A stretch of DNA of 33,291 nucleotides, from NCBI GenBank assembly GCA_945965245.1, contig CAMFNC010000110.1, positions 1 through 33,291 of the forward strand, written 5' to 3'. Origin of the DNA: an uncultured Porphyromonas sp. (GTDB lineage Bacteria; Bacteroidota; Bacteroidia; Bacteroidales; Porphyromonadaceae). The notes beneath the pieces were generated by a model that did no database searches, was not told the origin of the DNA, and saw only the letters and a list, made by a program, of their open reading frames with translations. The position numbers and the translations under genes are program-made. Positions 1 through 10,156 of this stretch are shown piece by piece (the first letter of the stretch is position 1; each line of letters begins with the position of its first letter).

Positions 1-1119
1 CTATCCATACGAGAGATAATAACGGAAGGCAGCCTGATTTTATTGCCGGTCTTTCTGCTCACCCTATGGGGCATCCTGCAAAAAAGGCGCATGCTGCCTC
101 TTCGCATAAAAGCCTTTTTGACTTCACGTTTTCATCGGCACATCGTGCTTCTGCGAGCTTTTCACTTCAAAATAATCCGAGGCCAAACGCCTCCTGCCAT
201 CAGTGAAGAAACAAACATTTGCCGGAATTGCGGTACTGCCTACATCGGCAACTATTGCAACCGCTGCGGACAGAGCCGCAATACACCCCGGTATAATATG
301 AGCAATGCCTTGAGGCATATAGCCGGAGGTTTCTTGAACATCGACAACGGATTCGGACACACGCTCATAGATCTGCTCCATCGTCCGGGCTATATGATTA
401 GCGATTTCATCGGCGGCAAACGAGCTTCCTATTTCCGTCCGTTTCAGACCTTGTTCGTTCTGGCTGCCGTCTACATCATGATTGTACAATTGATAGACCC
501 CGATGCGTTAAGCAAAAAGAATATTTTCAAAACCCAAGAGAACCATTATGCAGCCACTGCCGCCCCGGGTCAATCGGGGCGTGCAGACACTGTTTCGCTG
601 AATTTGTCGGAAGAGCCAAAAGATTCGACCAGTATTCTATTCCGAAGTATTACCAACATCGAGAAGAAAATCACTCAATCGGTCCAAAACTCTCCCTTGG
701 GGATGAGAATATGGAATTTGCTGAAAAGTTGGACGCAAAGCAACAAAGCATTCCATATCATCGTAACCTTGCCCCTATTTGCAGTGAGCACCCGGTTTGT
801 TTTCCGCCGCAAAAAATATCAACCGAAATACAATACCACCGAGCACATTTTCATACAAACCTATATTGCCTGTCAAATTCTTTTGCTCAGCATCATCGTG
901 CTCCCCCTGCACGGCTATGCCCAAATCAACAAACTGTACGATTTGCCTCTGTGGGGTATCTTTACTTTGTTTTGCTGGGACTATAAGCAATTGTATCGCT
1001 GTAGTTGGTGGAGTAGCTTCTGGCACACCGCTCTGATGTTTCTTCTCAGCTCTCTGATACTGATACTCATTGCCATACTGGCCACATTCAGAGTCATCTT
1101 CCTATTTGATACAATCTGA
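1..1119 (+). CDS. DUF3667 domain-containing membrane protein, probably 5'-truncated by the window edge
   Basis: Frame 1 is open from base 1. Zn-ribbon CRNCG...YCNRCGQ is followed by 'TLIDLLHRPGYMISDFIGGKRASYFRPF', typical of DUF3667, then several hydrophobic helices. Confidence 0.75.
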   Translation, partial: LSIREIITEGSLILLPVFLLTLWGILQKRRMLPLRIKAFLTSRFHRHIVLLRAFHFKIIRGQTPPAISEETNICRNCGTAYIGNYCNRCGQSRNTPRYNMSNALRHIAGGFLNIDNGFGHTLIDLLHRPGYMISDFIGGKRASYFRPFQTLFVLAAVYIMIVQLIDPDALSKKNIFKTQENHYAATAAPGQSGRADTVSLNLSEEPKDSTSILFRSITNIEKKITQSVQNSPLGMRIWNLLKSWTQSNKAFHIIVTLPLFAVSTRFVFRRKKYQPKYNTTEHIFIQTYIACQILLLSIIVLPLHGYAQINKLYDLPLWGIFTLFCWDYKQLYRCSWWSSFWHTALMFLLSSLILILIAILATFRVIFLFDTI

Positions 1120-1148
1120 AGCTTCCGAGCCTATTCATAGCCTAAAAT

Positions 1149-1181
1149 TAAGGGCTGCCTTCATCTCGAGGGCAGCCCTTA
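1149..1181. terminator. Probable bidirectional intrinsic terminator
   Basis: Perfect 11-bp inverted repeat TAAGGGCTGCC/GGCAGCCCTTA between two convergent genes. Confidence 0.75.
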
Positions 1182-1214
1182 TTGCATGAAAATAAGTCGA
1201 TTAAGTCAATTGGT

Positions 1215-2921
1215 TTAGCAGCAACGAAAGTCTGCCAGGTCTTCCTTGCGGAAACGGCTGATATAGCCGATATTCTTGTCATATTCTGCTTCCACATAGG
1301 CTGTGAATACACGTGCCGAAGTATCGAACATGGCATCGCGAGATGCGTCACGCACCAGCAAGTGAGCCATCACCACGTATCCGGCCATCTCCACCAAACG
1401 GCGAGACATCAGGTCGAGGTACTCTTGGTCTTTGCATTCCATCACTTCGTTTACGGTCTGTTCGTAACGGTCTGCAAGGCTGCGCAAACGTTCCATCAGG
1501 GGCTTCATTTCGGATTTTACCTCATTTTGCTCCATACGGCGCATGTGTTCGAGGTAAGTGCCGTTGGTCACATAGCGGATGGCAGCCACCACCTGAAGCT
1601 GTGTGGTACCTTCGTAAATAGATGTGATGCGCACATCGCGGTGCAGACGTTCGCAGGTATAATCCTTCATAAAGCCGGAGCCGCCGTGTACCTGCACACA
1701 GTCATATACATTTTGGTTGGCAAACTCACTACCCAAGCCCTTGGCCAGCGGTGTGAAACTGTCTGCCCATTTGGCGTACTGCTTGTTTTCGCTGCGCTCT
1801 TCGGGAGTCAGTTTGCGTTCTTTGGCTATGTCATCCAAGATTTTATACATATCCACATAACGGGATGTTTCGTAGAGCAATGCGCGTGAAGCATCCAACT
1901 TGGCTTTGATGCGAGTGAGCATTTCTGCCACAGCGGGAATTTCGATGATGGCTTTGTCGAACTGGCGGCGTTCGCGTGCGTATGACACGGCTTCGCGATA
2001 AGCAGCTTCGGAGATACCCACACTCTGAGCGGAGATACCGAGGCGTGCACCGTTCATCAGTGCCATTACATATTTAATCAAACCGAGGCGGCGACTGCCC
2101 ACCAATTCGGCCTTGGCATTCTTGAATGTCAATTCGCAAGCGGGTACACCTTTGATGCCCATCTTGTTTTCGATGCGACGAACATCCACACCGCCGTTAC
2201 GCTTGTCGTAGATAAACATGGAGAGGCCGCGGCCATCGCGAGTACCTTCTTCCGAACGAGCCAATACGAGGTGAATGTCCGAGTCGCCATTGGTAATGAA
2301 GCGTTTCACACCGTTGAGATACCAGCAATCTTTGGCTTCGTTGTAAGTGGCTTTGAGCATCACTGCTTGGAGGTCCGAACCGGCATCCGGCTCGGTGAGG
2401 TCCATACTCAAAGTTTCGCCTTGGCAAGCACGGGTTATATATTTTTCTTTCTGCTCTTCCGAACCGAATTCGTAGATGGTTTCGGCGCAGTCTTGTAATC
2501 CCCAGAGGTTTTCGAAGCCCGCATCGCTGCGGCTTACCATATCGGCAGCCATCATATAAGGCACGGTGGAGAAGTTCAGACCACCATAGCGACGCGGCAT
2601 GGAAATGCCGTTCAGACCTGCCAAACGAGTAGCTTCGAGGTTTTGCATCGTGCCCGCAGGCATCACGGCGCGTTTGTTCTCCACATGGCAACCGTCTTTA
2701 TCCACTTGTTCGGCATTCGGGGCAATAATATTAGCACAAATGTCGCCCACCTCCTGCAATACACGTTCATAGCTGTCCATGGCATCTTCAAAGTCCACGG
2801 GCGCATAGTCGTAGTGCTGTTGGTCAGTATAGTTACGTTCTTTTAGCTCCACGATTCGCTTCATGAGCGGATCGGTGAGGTGAAATCTCAGTTCCGGAGT
2901 ATCTGTATAGAAATTAGCCAT
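1215..2921 (-). CDS. Acyl-CoA dehydrogenase (Bacteroidales long form)
   Basis: 568 aa with motifs MDLTEPDAGSD, LNGVKRFITNG, KMGIKG, RRQFDK, QVHGGSGF and IYEGTTQLQ; co-oriented with etfBA. Confidence 0.93.
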   Translation of the reverse strand: MANFYTDTPELRFHLTDPLMKRIVELKERNYTDQQHYDYAPVDFEDAMDSYERVLQEVGDICANIIAPNAEQVDKDGCHVENKRAVMPAGTMQNLEATRLAGLNGISMPRRYGGLNFSTVPYMMAADMVSRSDAGFENLWGLQDCAETIYEFGSEEQKEKYITRACQGETLSMDLTEPDAGSDLQAVMLKATYNEAKDCWYLNGVKRFITNGDSDIHLVLARSEEGTRDGRGLSMFIYDKRNGGVDVRRIENKMGIKGVPACELTFKNAKAELVGSRRLGLIKYVMALMNGARLGISAQSVGISEAAYREAVSYARERRQFDKAIIEIPAVAEMLTRIKAKLDASRALLYETSRYVDMYKILDDIAKERKLTPEERSENKQYAKWADSFTPLAKGLGSEFANQNVYDCVQVHGGSGFMKDYTCERLHRDVRITSIYEGTTQLQVVAAIRYVTNGTYLEHMRRMEQNEVKSEMKPLMERLRSLADRYEQTVNEVMECKDQEYLDLMSRRLVEMAGYVVMAHLLVRDASRDAMFDTSARVFTAYVEAEYDKNIGYISRFRKEDLADFRCC

Positions 2922-2927
2922 GACTTT

Positions 2928-3950
2928 TTATTTCGTGTTTTGTTTGTAATACTTAATCATCTTGGGCAATACCTCTTCGATTTCGCCGGTAATCACATAG
3001 TCTGCAATGGCATTGATGGGAGCATCGGGGTCGTTATTCACAGAGATGATAATGCCGCTATCCTGCATACCCGACACGTGTTGGATTTGACCGGATATAC
3101 CGCAAGCGATGTAGAGTTTGGGACGCACGGTAAGCCCCGTTTGACCAATCTGACGGTCATGTGATACAAAGCCAGCATCCACGGCGGCACGGCTGGCACC
3201 CACTTCGGCATTAAGCACTTTGGCCAGGTCAAAAATGAGGTCGAAGTTTTCTTTAGAACCCACTCCGTATCCGCCTGCCACGATAATAGGGGCTTCTGCC
3301 AGATGATTTTGTGCTTTTTCCACATGGCGTTCGATTACCTCCACCACGAAATCGGCATCACACACATAGTCTGCCACCTTGTGGTTGAGCACTTCGCCTT
3401 GGTATCGGGCATCCAACACCTCTTTTTTCATCACCCCTTGGCGCACCGTGGCCATTTGAGGACGATTTTTAGGATTGACGATACAAGCCACAATGTTGCC
3501 ACCAAATGCCGGACGAATTTGATAGAGCAGGTTTTCGTAGGTTTTGCCCTCTTTAGCATCGGTATAGCTACCGATTTCCAATGAGGTACAGTCGGCTGTC
3601 AGACCACTGATGAGCGTGGACGAAACGCGCGGCCCCAAGTCACGACCCACCACCGTGGCTCCCATCAGGCAGATTTGAGGCTGCTCGGTACGGAAGAGTT
3701 TTTCCAAAATCACAGTATGGGGGATGGAGGTATAAGGATAAAGGCGGGTATCATCGAAGATATGCACTCGGTCTGCACCATAAGGCATAATTTGCTCTTC
3801 CACGCCCTGCAATCTACTGCCAATAACGACTGCTTCAAGTTGGCATTTCAATTCATTGGCCAGAGTGCGACCTTTGGTAAGCAATTCCAAGCTCACTTCC
3901 GCCACGCGCCCGGCCTCTTCTAATTCGCAATATACAAATAAGTTATTCAT
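2928..3950 (-). CDS. etfA: Electron transfer flavoprotein alpha subunit
   Basis: GLTADCT, RPAFGGN, IIVAGGYGVG, GASRAAVD, QIGQTG and YIACGISGQIQH motifs. Confidence 0.95.
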   Translation of the reverse strand: MNNLFVYCELEEAGRVAEVSLELLTKGRTLANELKCQLEAVVIGSRLQGVEEQIMPYGADRVHIFDDTRLYPYTSIPHTVILEKLFRTEQPQICLMGATVVGRDLGPRVSSTLISGLTADCTSLEIGSYTDAKEGKTYENLLYQIRPAFGGNIVACIVNPKNRPQMATVRQGVMKKEVLDARYQGEVLNHKVADYVCDADFVVEVIERHVEKAQNHLAEAPIIVAGGYGVGSKENFDLIFDLAKVLNAEVGASRAAVDAGFVSHDRQIGQTGLTVRPKLYIACGISGQIQHVSGMQDSGIIISVNNDPDAPINAIADYVITGEIEEVLPKMIKYYKQNTK

Positions 3951-3977
3951 CGTTTTGTCTTATTAAATAGGTTGGGC

Positions 3978-4850
3978 TTAGCCAATGGTATGATTAGCTA
4001 TCAGTTCTTTCATCAGCGTTTCTATATCGGCATCGGCAGCCGTCAGCGTTTTGCTTTCTTTGGCCTGGAAGCTGATGTTCTGCACCGTGTTTACTTTGGT
4101 GGGCGAGCCGGCCAATCCGCACTGCTGCACATCGGCATTTACATCCGTCACGTTCCACTCTTGCAGATTGAGATACGGGCGTGATTCATATAGCGATTCG
4201 TATTGCACACCGCGTTCGCGCTTTTCACTAGGCGAAAGGGCATATTTATATTTCTGAATCCATTTGGCATTGCGTGGACGGCAGGGTGCTGCCGAATTGT
4301 TTACCGTGATAACGAGGGGCATGGGAGCCTTTACCGTTTCCACTCCGCCGTCGATATGACGCCGCACAGTCACCTTACCGTTTTCGATGTTCAGGATTTC
4401 TTCGGCATATGTGATTTGCGGGATGCCCAACTTCTGAGCCACCTGCGGACCCACTTGTGCCGTATCGCCGTCGATGGCTTGGCGACCGCCAAGGATGATA
4501 TCGAAATCGCCAATCTTGCGAATAGCCATGGAAAGAGCGTATGAGGTGGCCAACGTATCGGCTCCGGCAAAAGCTTTGTCAGAAAGCACATAACCATTGT
4601 CCGCCCCACGGAACAGCCCTTCGCGAATGATTTCGGCTGCACGTCCGGGACCCATGGTAAGCAGCGTAACGGTGCTACCCGGATTAGCATCCTTAATTCT
4701 CAATGCCTGCTCCAATGCGTTCAGGTCTTCGGGGTTGAAAATCGCCGGCAATGCAGCACGATTCACCGTGCCGTCGGCCTTCATGGCATCTTTACCCACA
4801 TTGCGTGTATCGGGTACTTGCTTGGCCAATACTACAATCTTCAGATTCAT
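3978..4850 (-). CDS. etfB: Electron transfer flavoprotein beta subunit
   Basis: KQVPDT, NPEDLNALE, AGADTLATS and GRQAIDGDTAQVGP motifs. Confidence 0.95.
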   Translation of the reverse strand: MNLKIVVLAKQVPDTRNVGKDAMKADGTVNRAALPAIFNPEDLNALEQALRIKDANPGSTVTLLTMGPGRAAEIIREGLFRGADNGYVLSDKAFAGADTLATSYALSMAIRKIGDFDIILGGRQAIDGDTAQVGPQVAQKLGIPQITYAEEILNIENGKVTVRRHIDGGVETVKAPMPLVITVNNSAAPCRPRNAKWIQKYKYALSPSEKRERGVQYESLYESRPYLNLQEWNVTDVNADVQQCGLAGSPTKVNTVQNISFQAKESKTLTAADADIETLMKELIANHTIG

Positions 4851-4925
4851 ATTCTACGTTGATTTAATTATCCAATGCAATATTTTTCGGCACAACCTAT
4901 ATATTAATGGTGTCTACCGATATGA

Positions 4926-4958
4926 CAAAGATAAGAAAAAACCTTTACGTTGCACAAA
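4926..4958 (-). promoter_or_regulatory. Bacteroidetes RpoD-type promoter for etfBA-acd
   Basis: On the minus strand: TTTG (4958-4955), 21-nt spacer, TATCTTTG (4933-4926). This matches the TTTG-N19-21-TAnnTTTG consensus. Confidence 0.65.
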
Positions 4959-5017
4959 AATACGCCATTTGTGCATAATCATTCTAAATTCTATTCTTTG
5001 GGGGTGCTGAAAAAAAC

Positions 5018-5091
5018 GATGCATAAATTGAATCTATTTTATGTATAAAATATGAGTAAAATATGCATAAAATGAAATCGTTTTATGCATA
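5018..5091. repeat. 22-bp-period TATGCATA palindrome array, copy A (4 cores)
   Basis: Cores GATGCATA (5018), TATGTATA (5040), TATGCATA (5062) and TATGCATA (5084), separated by 14-bp spacers. Confidence 0.85.
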
Positions 5092-5141
5092 AATTTTTTC
5101 GCAATATTTGCTGCCTTCGTTTCTTTGTCGGTTAATAGTGC

Positions 5142-5149
5142 TATTTTTG
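5142..5149 (+). promoter_or_regulatory. -7 promoter element for the pheS operon
   Basis: TATTTTTG fits TAnnTTTG and lies about 37 nt upstream of the pheS ATG; no canonically spaced -33 box is obvious. Confidence 0.5.
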
Positions 5150-5186
5150 CAACAATATGAACCAATCGGCAAAATAGAAACGCCTT

Positions 5187-6209
5187 ATGCAAGATAAGAT
5201 CGAAAAGCTTTTGGAGGAAATCCGAAACACCTCTGCCAAGCGTGCAGAAGAAGCGGAAGAACTGCGCATCAAATATCTAAGTAAGAAAGGAGCCATTGCG
5301 GCACTTTTCGATGAATTTAAGAATGTGCCCAACGAGCATAAAAAACTCATGGGACAGAAATTGAACGAACTAAAAGCGTATGCCATCGAACGTATCCGCA
5401 CACTGAAAGAAGAGTCAGAAAAGGGAGCTGCCCAAGCAGAAAACCTTATTGACTGGAGTCGCACGGCATATCCCACGCCATTGGGCACACGCCACCCCAT
5501 TTCGCTGGTGGAAGAGGAAATCTGCAACATCTTCGGACGCATGGGATTTAACATTGCCGAAGGGCCTGAAATCGAAGACGACTGGCATGTGTTTTCTGCC
5601 ATGAATTTTGCCGAGGATCACCCCGCTCGCGATATGCAAGATACGTTCTTCATTGCTCACCACCCGGACGTATTGCTGCGCACCCATACCAGTAGTGTGC
5701 AGAGCCGCACAATGGAAACCACGCAACCGCCCATCCGCGTAATCTGCCCGGGGCGCACCTATCGCAATGAAGCCATCTCCTATCGTGCCCATTGCTTTTT
5801 CCATCAGGTGGAAGCCTTATATATAGATAAGCATGTTTCCTTTGCCGATCTGGAGCAAGTGCTCTTGCAGTTTGCCCGTGAAATGTTCGGAGCTGACACC
5901 AAAATCCGTTTGCGCCCCAGCTATTTCCCCTTTACCGAACCCAGTGCCGAAATGGATATTTCGTGCAATATCTGCGGCGGCAAGGGATGCAACTTCTGCA
6001 AACATACCGGTTGGGTGGAAATTCTCGGATGCGGCATGGTGGATCCCAATGTGCTGGAAAACTGCGGCATAGACAGCTCTAAATACAGCGGCTACGCCTT
6101 GGGGATGGGTATCGAACGCATCACCAATCTGAAATATCGCGTAAAAGACCTGCGCCTTTTCTCCGAAAACGACCAGCGTTTCTTGGATCAATTCAAAGGT
6201 GTACTCTAA
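5187..6209 (+). CDS. pheS: Phenylalanine--tRNA ligase alpha subunit
   Basis: HPARDMQDTF, LLRTHTS, FHQVE, RPSYFPFTEPS and GWVEILGCGMV motifs. Confidence 0.98.
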   Translation: MQDKIEKLLEEIRNTSAKRAEEAEELRIKYLSKKGAIAALFDEFKNVPNEHKKLMGQKLNELKAYAIERIRTLKEESEKGAAQAENLIDWSRTAYPTPLGTRHPISLVEEEICNIFGRMGFNIAEGPEIEDDWHVFSAMNFAEDHPARDMQDTFFIAHHPDVLLRTHTSSVQSRTMETTQPPIRVICPGRTYRNEAISYRAHCFFHQVEALYIDKHVSFADLEQVLLQFAREMFGADTKIRLRPSYFPFTEPSAEMDISCNICGGKGCNFCKHTGWVEILGCGMVDPNVLENCGIDSSKYSGYALGMGIERITNLKYRVKDLRLFSENDQRFLDQFKGVL

Positions 6210-6220
6210 TAGGTACCGGA

Positions 6221-6898
6221 ATGCAAAAAAAGGAACGCTATCAGGCTGTAATAGACTACTTCTCCGCCACCATTCCGGTAGCGGAAACCGAATTGCTTTA
6301 CCACTCTCACTTTGAATTGCTGGTAGCGGTTATGCTATCAGCACAGTGTACAGATAAGCGTGTGAATATGGTTACACCGGCTTTGATGGCAGCCTTTCCG
6401 GATGCCCAAACCATGGCACGCGCCACAGCCGAAGACATCTTCCCCTATATCCGCAGTGTCAGTTATCCGAATAGCAAAGCCAAACATCTGGCAGAAATGG
6501 CTCGCCGTCTGATGCAGGATTTCGGAGGTATGGTGCCGGATACGATGGAGCAACTGACCTCGCTACCGGGCGTTGGGCGCAAAACAGCCAACGTGATGCT
6601 GGCAGTGGCCTTTGACCGCGCAGCCATGCCGGTGGATACACACGTCTTTCGCGTATCCAACCGCATCGGTTTGGTCACGAATACCAAAACGCCTCTGGAA
6701 ACGGAGCGCGAACTGGTCAAATATTTTCCTGCCGACCTGCTATCCACGGCACACCATTGGCTCATCCTGCATGGTCGCTATGTGTGCACCGCCCGGCAGC
6801 CGCACTGCGCCGAATGCGGCATCAGCCATTGCTGCAAATATTTCTCTAAGCACCACCATACCGCTCATACAAATCATGGAACAGATCGAAACCTCTGA
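6221..6898 (+). CDS. nth: Endonuclease III
   Basis: LVAVMLSAQCTD, the HhH motif LPGVGRKTANV, VDTHVFRV, and an Fe-S cluster motif C-x6-C-x2-C-x5-C. Confidence 0.96.
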   Translation: MQKKERYQAVIDYFSATIPVAETELLYHSHFELLVAVMLSAQCTDKRVNMVTPALMAAFPDAQTMARATAEDIFPYIRSVSYPNSKAKHLAEMARRLMQDFGGMVPDTMEQLTSLPGVGRKTANVMLAVAFDRAAMPVDTHVFRVSNRIGLVTNTKTPLETERELVKYFPADLLSTAHHWLILHGRYVCTARQPHCAECGISHCCKYFSKHHHTAHTNHGTDRNL

Positions 6899-7415
6899 AA
6901 CGTTTTTTACCAATGACCCCATAGACCTCACATCCCTTCCACAAGCGGAGGCATTGGTATTCGAACCTTTGGAAAAGAAATTTATTCGTGTCATGTATGC
7001 ACAGTGTCTTGTGGCATGGATGTCTTTGATAGGTATCGGATGGGCAGGCTTCGCCATTGCCGACTTCCTGGGTTGGTGGATTTGGGCACTGGCCCTCACC
7101 GCACTGTTTTTTATCTGCATGAGCTTCAATCTGACGGTGATGCGCAGAGCCTATCGTTTCCGAGGCTATGCCATGCGCGAGGAAGACATTTCGTATCGCC
7201 GTGGCATCTTCTTTACCAAAATCCACACCATACCTTACAACCGGGTGCAACAAGTACGCATAGCGCAGGATATATTTGACCGCATAGCTGGACTGTATAG
7301 CATTACCGTGCACACCGCTGCTCAAACAGGTGAAGGAGTATCTATTTATGGACTGCAAAAGGAAACTGCCGAACAAATCAAAGCATACGTCTTGGCCAAG
7401 ATAGACCACCCATGA
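6876..7415 (+). CDS. YdbS-like bacterial PH (bPH_2) domain membrane protein
   Basis: Likely start is the ATG at 6876 (MEQIETS). Two TM helices are followed by 'RRGIFFTKIHTIPYNRVQQVRIAQDIFDRIAGLYSITVHTA'. Confidence 0.8.
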   Translation: MEQIETSETFFTNDPIDLTSLPQAEALVFEPLEKKFIRVMYAQCLVAWMSLIGIGWAGFAIADFLGWWIWALALTALFFICMSFNLTVMRRAYRFRGYAMREEDISYRRGIFFTKIHTIPYNRVQQVRIAQDIFDRIAGLYSITVHTAAQTGEGVSIYGLQKETAEQIKAYVLAKIDHP

Positions 7416-8956
7416 AAAAGCACGCCGCCAAAGATTTTTCAGACTTCCGGCGCATGAGTCCGGAGGCCATTGTAATATTATTTCTACACCACATTCGCAC
7501 GCTTTTCAATCATTTTTGGGGTGTATTTATCCTGATGTTTTTTTCTCGTTGGAAAGGGCTGCATATATTTCTTTATTCGGTATTAGTCATCATAACCTTG
7601 GCTGTCATATTGACATTTGGCAAGTATCTATTCACACGATTTTGCATCCAAGGCAGCCTCTTATATATTCGTGGAGGCTGGCTGGGTAGGCATAACGATA
7701 CCATTCCGCTGGACAAGGTGTATGCCCTGCGCACCAAGCGCGGTTTCTTTTACCAAATGGTGGACATGGTGAGCGTATCATTCGACACTCTCGCCACACA
7801 ATCCACAGAGGTGGAACTGATACTGACGGAAGAGGACTTGGCGTTGCTGATAGAAACCATCTACCGGCAAACCGGGCATCGCATAGCCGTAAAAGCACAA
7901 ACCAAGAAAACCGTCCGAGAGCAACAACCCGATTTGCAACCGCCAGCCGCCGAACAAGCCGAAATGGTGCAGTATAATCTGCAGCAGCTCATCATGGGAG
8001 CCGTGACCCAAAATCATTTAAAAGGCGTGGGACTGGTGGCAGCCCTGCTCTTTTCGGTTTTACAAGATTTAGACAATGTATTTTTCGACCTCAAAAAGCA
8101 TATCAACCGGTTGGACGAAACCATGACGGGCATCGAATATTCATGGATGGGTGTATTGGTTGTTTTTGTACTCTTTTACCTCGGCACGCTGATGATATGG
8201 GTGATTTATGTGGTGGTCAAAGAATACGGACTAACCTTGAGTATCTCCCCCGACGCATTGGGTTACGAAGCAGGTATGCTTACACATAAGGCGGTCAGCA
8301 TTCGTAAAAACAAAATCGTGGGTATCACGCTGAAAGAAAATCCGGTGGAGAAGCGATTGGGACTCTGCACCCTGCGCATCGAACAAGCCGAGCAAGCCGT
8401 TGGTGCTGAAAAAGACAAGACATTCAAGAAATTTGCGTTATACGGATGGTACCACCGGAATTTGATTTTGGATTGGTGGCAGCAGGATTTGCAGCTATCG
8501 GACATCCAACCTCTTCGTTCGGGTATCGGTTTGTTTTGGTACGAAGTCATGATGCAGATGCTTATCATCATTCCGATTACCGTTATCATCATGCTGGCTC
8601 TGCCACTTTGGAGCGGCATCATACTGATAGCATTGGCTCTGGCATACAGCGTGGCCAGCGGCATACTGCGAATGCGACATAGCGGCATGGCACTATCCGC
8701 AAAACAACTAATCGTATACAGCGGCATATGGGCCAGAAAATGCACTCTGCTACCCATAGACAAAGTGGAAGGCGTAGTGCTCTGTCAGAGCTTCATTCAG
8801 CGCAGAAGCCGGCGTGCATCCCTTGTGCTCCTTTCCATGGGACAGTCTTACCGGGTGCGCAGCCTGCCTCATGCCGATGCGGCTCATCTGCGCGACCTGG
8901 TGCTTTATCGCATTGAGTCCAAACGCCCTCAGTCAGTCGGCCAGCAAATCGCATAA
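7412..8956 (+). CDS. YdbT-like membrane protein with three bPH_2 repeats
   Basis: Three units of a TM pair plus a PH-like segment (GWLGR..IPLDKV; GMLTH..IRKNKI; GIWAR..LPIDKV). ATGA overlap with the ydbS-like gene. Confidence 0.8.
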   Translation: MKKHAAKDFSDFRRMSPEAIVILFLHHIRTLFNHFWGVFILMFFSRWKGLHIFLYSVLVIITLAVILTFGKYLFTRFCIQGSLLYIRGGWLGRHNDTIPLDKVYALRTKRGFFYQMVDMVSVSFDTLATQSTEVELILTEEDLALLIETIYRQTGHRIAVKAQTKKTVREQQPDLQPPAAEQAEMVQYNLQQLIMGAVTQNHLKGVGLVAALLFSVLQDLDNVFFDLKKHINRLDETMTGIEYSWMGVLVVFVLFYLGTLMIWVIYVVVKEYGLTLSISPDALGYEAGMLTHKAVSIRKNKIVGITLKENPVEKRLGLCTLRIEQAEQAVGAEKDKTFKKFALYGWYHRNLILDWWQQDLQLSDIQPLRSGIGLFWYEVMMQMLIIIPITVIIMLALPLWSGIILIALALAYSVASGILRMRHSGMALSAKQLIVYSGIWARKCTLLPIDKVEGVVLCQSFIQRRSRRASLVLLSMGQSYRVRSLPHADAAHLRDLVLYRIESKRPQSVGQQIA

Positions 8957-9421
8957 GAAGGCATTCGCCACATAACCCACCAAATCCTGAGGCGCAATGC
9001 AGAGTTGCAGCCCACGCACACCGGCACTCACATAAATCAGGTCATAATCCATGAGTGTGGCATGAAAATAAGTGGGAAACGGTTTCTTCATCCCGATGGG
9101 GCAACAGCCACCCCGGATATAGCCCGTAAGTGGCAATAAGTCTTTCTGTGCTATCAAATTGGCTTTTTTATTGCCCGACACCTTGGCTGCCTTTTTCAGG
9201 TCCACCTCTTCCGCCCCTGGTATCACACAGACAAAGTGCCCGGTGCGGTCGCCTTGCAACACCAAAGTTTTGAATACCCGGCAGATGTCTTTGCCCAAAC
9301 TCTCTGCCACATGTTCGGCAGAGAGGTCTTTTTCGTCTACCTCATACGGCACCAGCGTATAGGATACACGGGCGGCATCCAATAGACGCGCCACATTGCT
9401 TTTTGTCGCTTTCTTGCTCAT
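8933..9421 (-). CDS. ybaK: Cys-tRNA(Pro) deacylase
   Basis: VFKTLV, TGYIRGGCCPIG and VSAGVRG motifs; 162 aa. Confidence 0.93.
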   Translation of the reverse strand: MSKKATKSNVARLLDAARVSYTLVPYEVDEKDLSAEHVAESLGKDICRVFKTLVLQGDRTGHFVCVIPGAEEVDLKKAAKVSGNKKANLIAQKDLLPLTGYIRGGCCPIGMKKPFPTYFHATLMDYDLIYVSAGVRGLQLCIAPQDLVGYVANAFLCDLLAD

Positions 9422-9427
9422 CGTGAT

Positions 9428-10156
9428 TCAGTATCGCCTGCCACTTTTCTCATAACGCGCTTCCTGCTCGCTGCGGAGCTTTTCCGTCACTTCATCACGA
9501 GTGGAGAGAAAAGAAAATACATCCCGTATATTGGCACAATTTTCTATATCCAAAACATGAGGTGCCAGACGCAGAGCAATGATTTTCTTACAACTATCGA
9601 ACGAAGGCATCTTGCATAGATTTTTGAATTGCTCGGCAGTAATGCCGGCATTGCGCGACAATAACTGGAAAGCACGTTTGTAATCCGACTCGAAGGAACA
9701 GTGTCGCAGTTCATCCACCATCTCGGCGTATGTGTGGGGTGATATCGGATACAGCAAATCGTTCAAGCTATTGTATATCTTCCGGCCATCCATTCCCCAC
9801 GAATTATCGTAAGAGTCCCAATAATCGTCATAATCATACCCACGACCACGATAATGACCAGGCAACTCTTTCTCCATATCCAGAACCAGAATACCCGAAC
9901 CCGAATAATGCGTAAAATCTCTAAAGATGGTAACCATCCGACTGCCTCTGCCGTTATCGGCAGGTATATCCACCCGAATGCGGTATGTGCCCCAAGACCC
10001 GGAAATAAAACAACTGAATGTCAAATCACTAATCGGTTCGTCATTGAGATACACCACCATCGGGCGGCTCTTAATCCTCAGTGAAATACCGTTTACCTCT
10101 TGTGCCGATGCACCGATGCAGAGCATCAGTGCCATCATCCATAATATTTTTTTCAT
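9428..10156 (-). CDS. Exported protein, probable DUF4476 family
   Basis: Signal peptide (MKKILW...ASA/Q), a beta-rich N-terminal domain, a Tyr/Asp linker, and a C-terminal 'SFESD..ITAEQ..SFDS.K..LAPHVLDIEN..VFSF' pattern. Confidence 0.65.
   Translation of the reverse strand: MKKILWMMALMLCIGASAQEVNGISLRIKSRPMVVYLNDEPISDLTFSCFISGSWGTYRIRVDIPADNGRGSRMVTIFRDFTHYSGSGILVLDMEKELPGHYRGRGYDYDDYWDSYDNSWGMDGRKIYNSLNDLLYPISPHTYAEMVDELRHCSFESDYKRAFQLLSRNAGITAEQFKNLCKMPSFDSCKKIIALRLAPHVLDIENCANIRDVFSFLSTRDEVTEKLRSEQEARYEKSGRRY

Noticed and set aside
1182..1889. 235-aa plus-strand ORF, and the similar ORFs at 17097-17801 and 19491-20261
   Set aside because: They are antisense to the acyl-CoA dehydrogenase, ruvA/sprA and pyrH, and show no protein-like motifs.
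5018..5091. Repeat-spacer arrays as a mini-CRISPR
   Set aside because: The 8-bp repeats and 14-bp spacers are far too short, spacers are reused between loci, and there are no cas genes in the window.
5187..6209. pheS without an adjacent pheT
   Set aside because: This is the normal arrangement in Bacteroidetes.
6612..6875. Extended N-terminus of the ydbS-like ORF in the ORF track
   Set aside because: It overlaps nth out of frame; the ATG at 6876 gives a typical YdbS-sized protein.
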